Shown one piece after another: positions 18,473-26,505 of a stretch of 64,000 bases of DNA (positions are counted from its first letter, which is position 1; each line of letters opens with the position of its first letter). The position numbers and the translations under genes are program-made. The stretch is from Verrucomicrobiota bacterium. GTDB taxonomy: Bacteria; Verrucomicrobiota; Kiritimatiellia; CAIQIC01; JAGNIJ01. The stretch covers positions 20,946 through 84,945 of the forward strand of contig JAZDKK010000023.1 of the NCBI GenBank assembly GCA_043803015.1, in the 5' to 3' direction. The notes under the pieces are model-generated. The model saw only the letters and a program-made list of their open reading frames with translations, did not search any database and was not told where the DNA came from.

Positions 18473-18550
18473 AACAACTTCCCTGTCCCTCCCAACCTCC
18501 GAGGAAGACCAACCGCGGATTTCGCGGATTGCACGGATAGGTAATGCGGA

Positions 18551-18610
18551 GTGGACCTCTGGTCCTTCCGTTTGCCCTTTGCGCTCTCTGCGTTCTCTCG
18601 CGGCAATTCC
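18551..18610. repeat. intergenic repeat family X copy
   Basis: GTGGACCTCTGGTCCTTCCGTTTGCCCTTTGCGCTCTCTGCGTTCTCTCGCGGCAATTCC, compared with 17484-17541 and 24216-24262. Confidence 0.5.
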
Positions 18611-18679
18611 TCTTTCGGCGAAGGCGCGAAGGAATAAGGGAAGGCGAACCGCGGACTTGTCCGCGGTGGCGGATTTCCT

Positions 18680-18727
18680 CGAAGCAGATGCTTCGCATCG
18701 CTTCGGGGCACGGCACGGATTTCACGG
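18680..18727. repeat. left boundary inverted repeat of the low-GC island
   Basis: CGAAGCAGATGCTTCGCATCGCTTCGGGGCACGGCACGGATTTCACGG matches the reverse complement of 24143-24189 at ~45 of 50 positions. The related segment 18525-18560 matches the reverse complement of 24110-24155. Confidence 0.5.
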
Positions 18728-18800
18728 GCGCCTGCGATCTGCCCACCTCGCACGCCTAATTTGCAACTCAATCACCGGCCCCGTTTTGGAGACTGCTATT

Positions 18801-19688
18801 CTAATTCTCCTTCAAGCTCTTCTCGTACTGGATGAACTCGTCTGATTCGAGGATCTCCCGGAGGTAGGACGTCGGTACGACAAGGGAGATCTTCCCCCCG
18901 GTTGCGTCAGACAACCCACCGCTGAGGATGCCGACGAAATGAAGCTCTTCTCCGCCCTTCATCCGCTGTCCGGCGATACTAACGTTCGACATGATGTCTT
19001 CAGTGTAGAACACAGGAGCTCCGCTGTATCCCTGGGCGAGAGCCTGATCGAGAAGGATGAAGAGAAGTTCAGATGATACGTTCGGGTTATCTACCGATGT
19101 AAGCCTGCTTGCTATACGAGTTTCCTTTGCCAATGGGCTCAGGTTCTGTTGAACACCTTGTCCCAAGGGAAACCCCAAAACATATGCTGCTGTCAGTAGG
19201 GGAATCTCCTTCTTCTGCTGCGGGAAGAGGTCCTCGCCAATCACTATTTGTTCGGAATCCGTTGGGTAGCAGAGTGGGTGAATGGAGATGTCGGCTTTCG
19301 GGTGATGAAACCATCTTGCCCCTTTGATGATCTGTTGTTGCGAAATCCACTCAAACGTGAGGCTCGTGCTCTTGCCCCCAGAGAGATTCATAACGATCTC
19401 TGCTTTGGCTGAAAGGGCCTTGGCGACATGCTTTGCGGTGACGAGGTAGTCACTTCCATGATATCGGATTATGAGTCCTGATCCTGACATCACGTCCAGT
19501 TTCGGCTCCAGTTTCTCCGTTTCAGGATCGCGGTACCAGACTTCGACTTGCTTGCCACCTTTCATCTCGATCGACTGGGATCGCTGGCGCAAGAACACGA
19601 CGGTCTTGCTTAGGCTATCGATTGAAATCGCGTAGGCAGTCGCATGAAGTGAAAGACCTGCAAACAGATAGAGCAAGAGTCGTTTCAT
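18801..19688 (-). CDS. secreted trypsin-like (S1 family) serine peptidase
   Basis: The start is MKRLLLYLFAGLSLHATAYA (signal peptide). There is a His motif VTAKHVA and a Ser motif GYSGAPVF (GDSGGP-like). Local GC is ~50%. Confidence 0.7.
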   Translation of the reverse strand: MKRLLLYLFAGLSLHATAYAISIDSLSKTVVFLRQRSQSIEMKGGKQVEVWYRDPETEKLEPKLDVMSGSGLIIRYHGSDYLVTAKHVAKALSAKAEIVMNLSGGKSTSLTFEWISQQQIIKGARWFHHPKADISIHPLCYPTDSEQIVIGEDLFPQQKKEIPLLTAAYVLGFPLGQGVQQNLSPLAKETRIASRLTSVDNPNVSSELLFILLDQALAQGYSGAPVFYTEDIMSNVSIAGQRMKGGEELHFVGILSGGLSDATGGKISLVVPTSYLREILESDEFIQYEKSLKEN

Positions 19689-19790
19689 ATGGTACTTCCT
19701 TTGTGTATCGTGTTGTCTTCCCAACAATGCGGCTGAGTTTCGTTTCTTCCGCCGCGGAAAAAACACAGACTCCAGCCGCTGGTCGGAGGC

Positions 19791-20300
19791 TCAATTCTCC
19801 CCGCCAACAAGCGACACACTGCGTCCGCGAACAACCAAGGCTTTAGATCCCTTGTTTCTTGCGGCTAGTTCCGCCGCGTCTTTGCAGGCGTTCGTTTTAT
19901 CATCAAGGGGTTCGGGCACATCAGGCGCGAAATATTCAAGCGAGTATGCCGTGAGTGCCGGCTTGTCGATCTCATCCGTTTTCACTTCGATAATCCACTC
20001 GCATTCGCTTCGAGATTTGTAGCCGCTCTGCTGTTTGAATGTGTCCGTGCCGTAGTACTTCTGGCCAGCTGAATCTGTGACTTCAAAGGCGGACTTGAGG
20101 GTGCCAAAAAATTGGACGCCGTATTGAGTTGTTTTGACAGTGATCAGATACACCCTCTTACCCGCTGCATCTTTCCCGAGGTTTCGAGAAACCGATCCGA
20201 TATTGGCATGGGCCTTCGACGCGGCGATTGCGTCGCGGCAACACATGGTACCGACCAGGCAAACCACCAGACACGTAACGATAGTCGTCTTTGTCTCCAT
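19791..20300 (-). CDS. hypothetical lipoprotein
   Basis: METKTTIVTCLVVCLVGTMCC.. is a signal peptide with lipobox. RBS AGGAAAGGGG. The gene is low-GC. The longer ORF-track version, 19791..20489, runs into repeat A. Confidence 0.5.
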   Translation of the reverse strand: METKTTIVTCLVVCLVGTMCCRDAIAASKAHANIGSVSRNLGKDAAGKRVYLITVKTTQYGVQFFGTLKSAFEVTDSAGQKYYGTDTFKQQSGYKSRSECEWIIEVKTDEIDKPALTAYSLEYFAPDVPEPLDDKTNACKDAAELAARNKGSKALVVRGRSVSLVGGEN

Positions 20301-20353
20301 TTCGATCCCCTTTCCTGCAACGTCTGCCTTCAGCATCCGTAGTCTGGGGTAGT

Positions 20354-20632
20354 CCGGGGTCGAACCATAGCTTTCTCTAGAGCACCAACCACTTATGACT
20401 CCCAGAACCCACTTTTCACCCCTTACAGCTTCTTTTTCAGCCCGAAAATCGCTGCTAAGGCTCCCGTTCCTTGCGCAACACCCTCCCACCCGCGCCCTTG
20501 GGAGCTCAAGACGTGGCCGAAAAGAGCCTGTAAGCCCCCGTCTTAGCCCCTCTTGCCGTCGTAGGTCGTTGCCTGCCTAGACCGACCTGCTGCGCCTCGC
20601 CGAAGCCCCGGGCGAAGGCGGGTGGTCCAACC
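20354..20632. repeat. MITE-like repeat copy A (TIR CCGGGGTCG.ACC)
   Basis: Over 20375-20590 it shares ~85% identity with 22150-22365 (TCTAGAGCACCAACC..GCTCAAGACGTGGCCGAAAAGAGCCTGTAAGCCCCCGT..). It sits immediately 5' of the gene starting at 20300. Confidence 0.6.
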
Positions 20633-20649
20633 TCGCCATCCTGTCTTCT

Positions 20650-21339
20650 TCATCCTTCAATCCACCATCTCTGAGGTCCTGGCAGGGGAAGTGAGCTCGC
20701 GATCTGGTTGACAGCTTCAGCTGCGGACCGCACCAATCCTTTCATCCAGTCAAAATGAAAACAGATCTGTTTGTAGTGCTCTGTGGATGGCGAGGACTCG
20801 GTCACGTTTACATAGCTGACATTTGCCTTCCTGTCGGTCATGGGTCTGGAAGTGGCGAACTTGCCGAGCGAGTAGTTGTGGACAAGGCCGCAACGCGCTT
20901 CACGGTAGAGAAGGTGCGCGTAGCTGAATTGCCGCAATTGTTCCTTGGAGAGTTGGGGGCATTCTATGAGAAGGTCGTCTTCCATGCCGTCAGCGTCGTC
21001 ACCTGTAATAATCAACGCGTGATGCGGTGGTAGGTACTTCTGCCGGATTGAATCTGCGGCCTGTCGTTTGATGGGGTCTGTGTCGCGTGCGAATTCCTGA
21101 ACTAGCATCGCCGTGCTTATGAACTGCGTTTGGAGGGTTGGTTTGCAGTAGGTGACAAGGAGTTCAACGAAGCGCTTGCGATCGATTCTCTCGCCCGGCC
21201 AGACGAGCGAGGCGATTCCACTCAACACGGCAAGAAGTAGGATTACGGCCTCAGGGTAGCCTGCGTCGCAGGCTCCGTCGGCGAGTCTCTCTGCGATGCC
21301 GATGCGGTGCAGGGCGAATTTGTTGATCCAGTCATTCAT
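20650..21339 (-). CDS. hypothetical protein with a possible HEPN-like Rx4H motif (RCGLVH)
   Basis: 229 aa: MNDWINKFALHRIGIAERL.. It has no recognisable family. The HEPN suggestion rests only on the Rx4HxY pattern and the island context. Confidence 0.45.
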   Translation of the reverse strand: MNDWINKFALHRIGIAERLADGACDAGYPEAVILLLAVLSGIASLVWPGERIDRKRFVELLVTYCKPTLQTQFISTAMLVQEFARDTDPIKRQAADSIRQKYLPPHHALIITGDDADGMEDDLLIECPQLSKEQLRQFSYAHLLYREARCGLVHNYSLGKFATSRPMTDRKANVSYVNVTESSPSTEHYKQICFHFDWMKGLVRSAAEAVNQIASSLPLPGPQRWWIEG

Positions 21340-21349
21340 GTTTCCGCCT

Positions 21350-21456
21350 CCGGGGTCCTCCGGGGTCGGACCACAGGTTCCTCTAGAGCACCAACCAGTT
21401 ACAGTTCCCAGAACCCCGCTTAGCGTCCAAGTGGGGTTCGCCTTCTACGACCCCGG
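21350..21456. repeat. MITE-like repeat copy B (short form, ~107 bp)
   Basis: It starts CCGGGGTCCTCCGGGGTCGGACCACAGGTTCCTCTAGAGCACCAACCAG and ends CGACCCCGG. It sits immediately 5' of the gene starting at 21339. Confidence 0.55.
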
Positions 21457-21506
21457 CAGGAAACGCAGACTTCAGACACAAGATCGAGCCTTGGTCTGGC
21501 TAACGC

Positions 21507-21710
21507 CTAGGCGTGGAAGAACTCGATCAGTTCTTCCCAGCTCTTCCTCACGCCGTTTCCTCTACGCGTCCGGCCAGCGCACCACTCGATTGTGGCCCTG
21601 CCGATTCGGAGGTCACCTAGGTGTTTGTTCTGGCCGTCGTACACATCCAGTTCAATGCCGTTGTTCCCAATCTCCATACTAACCTGGAACTCCTTCACGC
21701 TAACCTTCAT
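21507..21710 (-). CDS. hypothetical small protein (67 aa)
   Basis: MKVSVKEFQVSMEIGNNGIELDVYDGQNKHLGDLRIGRATIEW.. It may be co-transcribed with 21808..22080. The start position is within +/-1 nt by my reading. Confidence 0.35.
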   Translation of the reverse strand: MKVSVKEFQVSMEIGNNGIELDVYDGQNKHLGDLRIGRATIEWCAGRTRRGNGVRKSWEELIEFFHA

Positions 21711-21807
21711 GTTATCCTCCCTGCTTCGTCGCTTGAACGTTACGGGCGGGCCGGCCGCAAGACCCGTTCGATGGCAGCCTTCACTCGCCCCGTGGCCCGC
21801 ACGTCAA

Positions 21808-22080
21808 CTATCTCTTCTTGGGGCGACCGGGGCGATTATGCGGGACGAGCCGCTTGACTTGGCTGAAGCCTTGGTCAAGTTGTTCGAACGCCTGCCGGGC
21901 GCCATCCTTCCTCCCTTGAATGTACACGGCTTGCATGATCTGGGCGAGTTTGACGCCTTCGTACAAACTGGCATTCCTGACAATGTCCTCTACGGCTTGC
22001 ACCAAACGCCTCCCGGCGTACAGCGTTAGCTCAGTGGTTGCCAATGCGACTTTGACGGTCTTGAAACCGCGTTTGCCCAT
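21808..22080 (-). CDS. hypothetical small protein (90 aa), possibly an RHH/antitoxin-like DNA-binding protein
   Basis: MGKRGFKTVKVALATTELTLYAGRRLVQAVEDIV.. RBS GGAAAGGAGAG. The antitoxin idea comes only from its size and position upstream of a second small ORF. Confidence 0.4.
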   Translation of the reverse strand: MGKRGFKTVKVALATTELTLYAGRRLVQAVEDIVRNASLYEGVKLAQIMQAVYIQGRKDGARQAFEQLDQGFSQVKRLVPHNRPGRPKKR

Positions 22081-22104
22081 GATAGCTCTCCTTTCTTCTC
22101 GCGT

Positions 22105-22384
22105 CCGGGGTCGGACCACCCGCCTTCGCCAGAGGCTACGGCGGGCACGACAGGTTGCTCTAGAGCACCAACCAGTTACAACTCCCAGAACCCCGCTTTT
22201 CACCCCTTACAGCCTCTTTTTCGGCCCGAGAACTGGCCGCAAGACTCCCGTTCCTCAGGCAGCACCGCCGCTCACGCCCTTAGAAGCTCAAGACGTGGCC
22301 GAAAAGAGCCTGTAAGCCCCCGTTTTGGCCCTTTTGCCGTCGTAAGTCGTTGGCTCCCTAGACAGACCTGTGGTCCGACCCCGG
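22105..22384. repeat. MITE-like repeat copy C (full form, with terminal inverted repeats)
   Basis: The left end is CCGGGGTCGGACCACC.. and the right end is ..CCTGTGGTCCGACCCCGG. A nested ~30-bp insert, CCGCCTTCGCCAGAGGCTACGGCGGGCACG, lies in the left TIR. It sits immediately 5' of the gene starting at 22080. Its right TIR encodes the last 8 codons of the 22358..23092 gene. Confidence 0.6.
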
Positions 22385-23092
22385 CAAAACACCTTGTTTC
22401 TCTGGCATGGCTTTCAAGTACTCGTCCGACTGAATCACGAGATCGATCCAGTTGACTGTCATGTTCACGAGTGCCTTGAGATCCCTGAGATCCTTCTCTT
22501 CCCATTTTCTCGTGTAGTGCGTTTCATCATTCCCTAACCATGCGGCACGCTTCGCGCAGTGCTTGATGCGATCTTCGTCAATGAACTGCTCGATGCATGT
22601 GGCAAGAAATGCCTTGGCCACCGCCGCAGCCTTTGATGCATCGCTTCTGAACTTATAGTGGATGATGAAGTCCTTAATCAGGAACTCTAGCGACTTGCGA
22701 TATCCCGGACCGGCAATCTGGTCCAGGCCGTTTTCCTCGGCCACGAGCGACTGGTTGTATGTCGTGCAGAAGACAGGGGAGAGCTTGGCAACCGCGTCGG
22801 GGAACGTCACGGCGTTCGCGGCGCGGAGTATCGTTGTTTCCACGAGATTGCACATAGCGTTCTGGACGGAGGTGCTGCGGGTATTGTAGGCGGCGATGAA
22901 CATCTCCTTGCAATCGTCAGCGGGACATATGAAGGAGACGCGGATCTTGTGATCTCCTTCGCTCAGGTAGTGCCCGATAATGGGTTGTGGCTTCACGGAT
23001 GTCTGGCATGCAGGGCACGTGTCGGGAAACTTGTTGATGCTGATGATGTGCTGCTGTCCCGTTTCATCCACGGCTGTGATTTGGTGCGGCAT
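22358..23092 (-). CDS. zinc-finger plus DUF4145-type (HEPN-superfamily) protein, candidate abortive-infection/defence component
   Basis: The N-terminus has CPAC..CPADDC. The C-terminus has ..DRIKHCAKRAAWLGNDETHY.. which fits the DUF4145 R..GN...H signature. Confidence 0.55.
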   Translation of the reverse strand: MPHQITAVDETGQQHIISINKFPDTCPACQTSVKPQPIIGHYLSEGDHKIRVSFICPADDCKEMFIAAYNTRSTSVQNAMCNLVETTILRAANAVTFPDAVAKLSPVFCTTYNQSLVAEENGLDQIAGPGYRKSLEFLIKDFIIHYKFRSDASKAAAVAKAFLATCIEQFIDEDRIKHCAKRAAWLGNDETHYTRKWEEKDLRDLKALVNMTVNWIDLVIQSDEYLKAMPEKQGVLPGSDHRSV

Positions 23093-23152
23093 GTTCTGGT
23101 TCTCCTGGAGCTAACGTCAAGAATCACCGTGCCCTGAACCTGCGCAGCAGGT

Positions 23153-23419
23153 TCAGGGCACCGTGGATTCTCTGGTTCGGCCGTGTTTGGTCTCGAAGGA
23201 TCTGAATCTTGACTTCCCCTCCTTGCGCAAGGACGCCAATTCCTTCTCAAGCCACGCGATCTGTGCGTCGAGTTCCTCGTAAGTCACACACTCGGCGCCG
23301 AGTAAGGTGTGGCGACCTTCCGTGAATCGGCATTTCAGACGAATGTGGGCGCGGGGTCGGCCGGGGAGATCGCCTTTACGTGGGGTTTGAAACAACAAGC
23401 CGAAGTATAGCGTCCTCAT
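23153..23419 (-). CDS. hypothetical small protein (88 aa)
   Basis: MRTLYFGLLFQTPRKGDLPGRPRAHIRLK.. Its start overlaps the upstream membrane-protein stop (ATGA at 23416-23419). Confidence 0.35.
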   Translation of the reverse strand: MRTLYFGLLFQTPRKGDLPGRPRAHIRLKCRFTEGRHTLLGAECVTYEELDAQIAWLEKELASLRKEGKSRFRSFETKHGRTRESTVP

Positions 23420-23847
23420 TCGTTCCTCCTTCTGATGGCGCTTCGCACAACTTCTGCGAGAAGCAGCAACAATCCCACTGACAAGGTGATCCAGCCTCTC
23501 CCCCATTCGGCACCTTGGTCGGCAATCTTCGCAAATGATGCGACAAACCGGTCACTGGCATTTGCCAATCCGAGCACTCGGTGGGCGGCTGCGTGGTAGC
23601 TGAAGATGGCCCACGCAAAACCCCCGAAGGCAAGAAGACAAAGTGGTCCGGCGATGCGTTCTCGGCCGGTAAACCAGAAGTAGAACGAGAGAACGCCCAC
23701 GGCTGAGAGGAAGAGCGCGCAGAAGGGATCTAATGTCCAGAGGACTGTCCCACCAAAAAGGGCATGCTCTTCTACCCTAATCCGCGGTGCGAGCGCGAGG
23801 ATGACCGATCCGATGAGCCCGAGACCATGCGTTTGTTCTTCTGGCAT
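23416..23847 (-). CDS. hypothetical membrane protein (3-4 transmembrane helices)
   Basis: 143 aa with hydrophobic segments IGSVILALA, LWTLDPFCALFLSAVGVLSFYFWF, LCLLAFGGFAWAIF and ITLSVGLLLLLA. Confidence 0.5.
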   Translation of the reverse strand: MPEEQTHGLGLIGSVILALAPRIRVEEHALFGGTVLWTLDPFCALFLSAVGVLSFYFWFTGRERIAGPLCLLAFGGFAWAIFSYHAAAHRVLGLANASDRFVASFAKIADQGAEWGRGWITLSVGLLLLLAEVVRSAIRRRNE

Positions 23848-24142
23848 CTTTGTTCTCCTGCAGAACAGTTTGCATTACTCAGTTAGGTTCACGCTTCCCT
23901 ATCCCTGCCGAATCCGGTGCCAGGCCAACCGTTGCCTATCCTGGCTGAGGTTGTCTTCCCCTCCTGCCGCGATCCGGATGCAGTCCGCCGTAGCGGGGGC
24001 GAGTATAGCGGGAGGGAGGGAAGCGCGCAATGCGCGCTTCAGGTTCAGAGTTCAAGGTTCAACCCGCCTACGGCGGGCAAGCATCGAACTAGGAAGCAGG
24101 CGCGTAGAAAGGAGGATCGGAGGTCCACCCCATGTTACCTAT

Positions 24143-24189
24143 CCGTGTAATCCGCGCTGTGCCCTGAAGCGATGCGAAGCATCTGCTTC
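24143..24189. repeat. right boundary inverted repeat of the low-GC island
   Basis: It is the reverse complement of 18680-18727 (CGAAGCAGATGCTTCGCATCGCTTC core plus CGGATT.CACGG tail). Confidence 0.5.
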
Positions 24190-24215
24190 GGGGTAATCCG
24201 CGGTTAGGCTTTTCC

Positions 24216-24262
24216 GGTCTGTCCGTTAACCTTGCGATCTTTGCGATCTTTTGCGGCAATCC
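24216..24262. repeat. intergenic repeat family X copy
   Basis: GGTCTGTCCGTTAACCTTGCGATCTTTGCGATCTTTTGCGGCAATCC. Confidence 0.45.
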
Positions 24263-24340
24263 GGGGCCGTCCGTTAGCGCAGGCAGGCTCTTCTTGTGGG
24301 TGATCTGAGTGTTCTGTGGGCTCTCTTCACTTGTCCTTTC

Positions 24341-24375
24341 GAGCACGAGGCCGAGAACGAGGCCGAGAACGAGCT
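24341..24375. repeat. hexamer-periodic repeat (reverse-complement orientation of the CTCGTT family)
   Basis: GAGCACGAGGCCGAGAACGAGGCCGAGAACGAGCT. Confidence 0.45.
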
Positions 24376-24434
24376 GAGCAATCTGCGTGTTCTGTGGGCC
24401 CCTCTTCGGCTGTCCGCGGCGGCCGGTTCGCGGT

Positions 24435-26441
24435 TTACTTCACCACGGCCCCGCTGGAGAGATCGCCGTCGAGCGTGATGAGGCGCATGGTCTCGCCTTT
24501 GGACGCGGCGAGGAGCATGCCCTGGGATTCCACGCCGCGGATGGTCGCGGGCTTGAGGTTGGCGACGACGACCACGGTCTTGCCCACGATCTGCTCGGGC
24601 TCGTAGTGCAGAGCGATCCCGGCGATGAGCTGGCGGCGCTCCTCGCCCATCAGGACCTCGAGCTTCAGAAGTTTCGTCGCGCCGGGGACGCGCTCCGCGG
24701 CCATGATCTTGGCCGTGCGGAGCTGGACCTTGGCGAAATCGGCGTGGTCGATCAGCTCCGGCGGCGGGGCAACTTCTTTCGCGGGCGGCGCGGACGGCTG
24801 GGCCTCGGCGGGCTTGTCTTTGGGGGTGGTCTCGTTCACGGGGGTAATGTCCTTCGGGTTGGCTTCCAGTTCAAGCTGTTCCGGCGCGGGCGCCGCGTCG
24901 GCGTCCGCCACGCGCGGGAAAAGCGCGCCGATCTCCTTCACCGCCGCGCCCGGTTTCAGATGGCCCCAGGTCCGGAGGTGGGCCAGGTCGGGCTCGGCCT
25001 TCTTGACCCCCAGCGCAGTCCGGAGCTCGGCCATCTTGCCGGGCATCACGGGGTAAAACAGCGCGGAGGCCACGCGGAGCGCTTCCGCCGCCGTGTAGAG
25101 CGTCGTGCGCAGCGGCGCCTTGTCCTTCTGCTTGGCCTGCGTCCAGGGCTGTTTCACTTCGAGGTAGCGGTTGATGGCGCGCACCGCGGCCAGGACGTGC
25201 CCGACGCCCTCGTTGACCTTCATCCCGCCGACGGCGACCTCCATCCCGGTCACCGCATTCTGCGCGGTCTCCCAGAGGGCCTGCTCGTCCTTTCCCTCCA
25301 TCGCGTGCGGCTCGCACTCCGGGATCTTCGCGCCGCAGTAGCGGGTGATCATGTTCAGGATCCGGCTCAGCAGGTTGCCGAGGTCGTTCGCGAGGTCGGC
25401 ATTGTACCGGCGGACAAAGGCGTCCTCCGTGAAACTCGCGTCCTGGCCCGGCGCCATCTCCGCGATCACGAAATAGCGGAACGCGTCCACGCCGCACTTC
25501 TCGATCATGTCCAGCGGGTTGACGACGTTGCCGCGCGACTTGCTCATCTTGCTCTCGCCCGAGAGCCACCAGCCGTGCGCGAAGACCGTTTCCGGCAGGG
25601 GCACGCCCATCGCCTTCAGCATCGTCGGCCAGTACACCGTGTGCGTCGTCAGGATGTCCTTGCCGATCAGGTGGTACGTCACCGGCCACCACTTGGCGAA
25701 CAGGGCCTCGTCGCTGAGGTAGCCGATGGCGCTGATGTAGTTCACGAGCGCGTCGAACCACACGTAGCAGACGTAGTCCTTGTCGAACGGCAGGTCGATG
25801 CCCCAGCTCATCCGGCTTTTCGGGCGCGAGATGCAGAGGTCGGTCAGCGGCTTGCGCAGGAAGCCCAGGGTCTCGTTCGCGCGGAAATCGGGCTGGATGA
25901 AGCCCGGGTGCTCCCGGATGTACCCGATGAGCCAGTCCTGGTGCTTGCTCATGCGGAAGAAGTAGTTGGCCTCCTTGATCCGCTCCACCGGGCGACGGCA
26001 TTCGGGGCAGTTGCCGTCCACCAGGTCCTTCCCCATGAAGAACCGCTCATCCGGCACGCAGTACCAGCCGTCATACTCGGCGCGGTAGATCTCGCCGCGG
26101 TCGTAGAGGTCCTGGAGGATCTTCTGGACGACGCTCTTGTGGCGCTCCTCGGTCGTGCGGATGAAGTCGTCGTTCGTGATCCGGAGTTTCTTCCAGAGCT
26201 CCTGGAACCGGAGGACCATCTCGTCCGCGTGCTCCCGCGGCGTGATGCCCCGGGCTTGGGCGGCCTTCTGCACCTTCTGGCCGTGCTCGTCGGTGCCGGT
26301 CAGGAAGTACGTCGGCGCCCCCAGGAGGCGGTAGGTGCGCGCCAGCACGTCGGCCAGGATCGTCGTGTACGCGTGGCCGATGTGCGGCTTGTCGTTTACG
26401 TAGTAGATCGGCGTGGTGACGTAGAACTTCGCTCTGTCCAT
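24435..26441 (-). CDS. metG: methionine--tRNA ligase with C-terminal tRNA-binding (EMAP/Trbp111-like) domain
   Basis: 668 aa with the HIGH motif PHIGHAYT, the KMSKS motif and a CPEC zinc knuckle. The C-terminal 110 aa form a tRNA-binding domain. Confidence 0.95.
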   Translation of the reverse strand: MDRAKFYVTTPIYYVNDKPHIGHAYTTILADVLARTYRLLGAPTYFLTGTDEHGQKVQKAAQARGITPREHADEMVLRFQELWKKLRITNDDFIRTTEERHKSVVQKILQDLYDRGEIYRAEYDGWYCVPDERFFMGKDLVDGNCPECRRPVERIKEANYFFRMSKHQDWLIGYIREHPGFIQPDFRANETLGFLRKPLTDLCISRPKSRMSWGIDLPFDKDYVCYVWFDALVNYISAIGYLSDEALFAKWWPVTYHLIGKDILTTHTVYWPTMLKAMGVPLPETVFAHGWWLSGESKMSKSRGNVVNPLDMIEKCGVDAFRYFVIAEMAPGQDASFTEDAFVRRYNADLANDLGNLLSRILNMITRYCGAKIPECEPHAMEGKDEQALWETAQNAVTGMEVAVGGMKVNEGVGHVLAAVRAINRYLEVKQPWTQAKQKDKAPLRTTLYTAAEALRVASALFYPVMPGKMAELRTALGVKKAEPDLAHLRTWGHLKPGAAVKEIGALFPRVADADAAPAPEQLELEANPKDITPVNETTPKDKPAEAQPSAPPAKEVAPPPELIDHADFAKVQLRTAKIMAAERVPGATKLLKLEVLMGEERRQLIAGIALHYEPEQIVGKTVVVVANLKPATIRGVESQGMLLAASKGETMRLITLDGDLSSGAVVK

Positions 26442-26505
26442 GGTGCGGTGATTATAGGCGGGCGGACCGCCAAGGGAAGCCTGAACCGGGGACGGTGTCT
26501 AGTGT

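Noticed and set aside
20341-20400. tRNA-like appearance of the MITE left end (GGGGTCGAACC resembling a T-arm, ACCA nearby)
   Set aside because: No acceptor-stem complementarity or anticodon arm could be built. The resemblance is limited to a GGTTCGA-like 11-mer, and the same sequence is part of the TIR in all copies.
21296-22315. Plus-strand ORFs inside the MITE-like repeats sharing the peptide ALEHQPVT(T/V)PRTPL (21296..21682, 21920..22315, 20395..20580)
   Set aside because: The peptide conservation simply reflects nucleotide conservation of the repeat. The ORFs differ in length and start from copy to copy, lack RBSs, and lie antisense to real genes at their ends.
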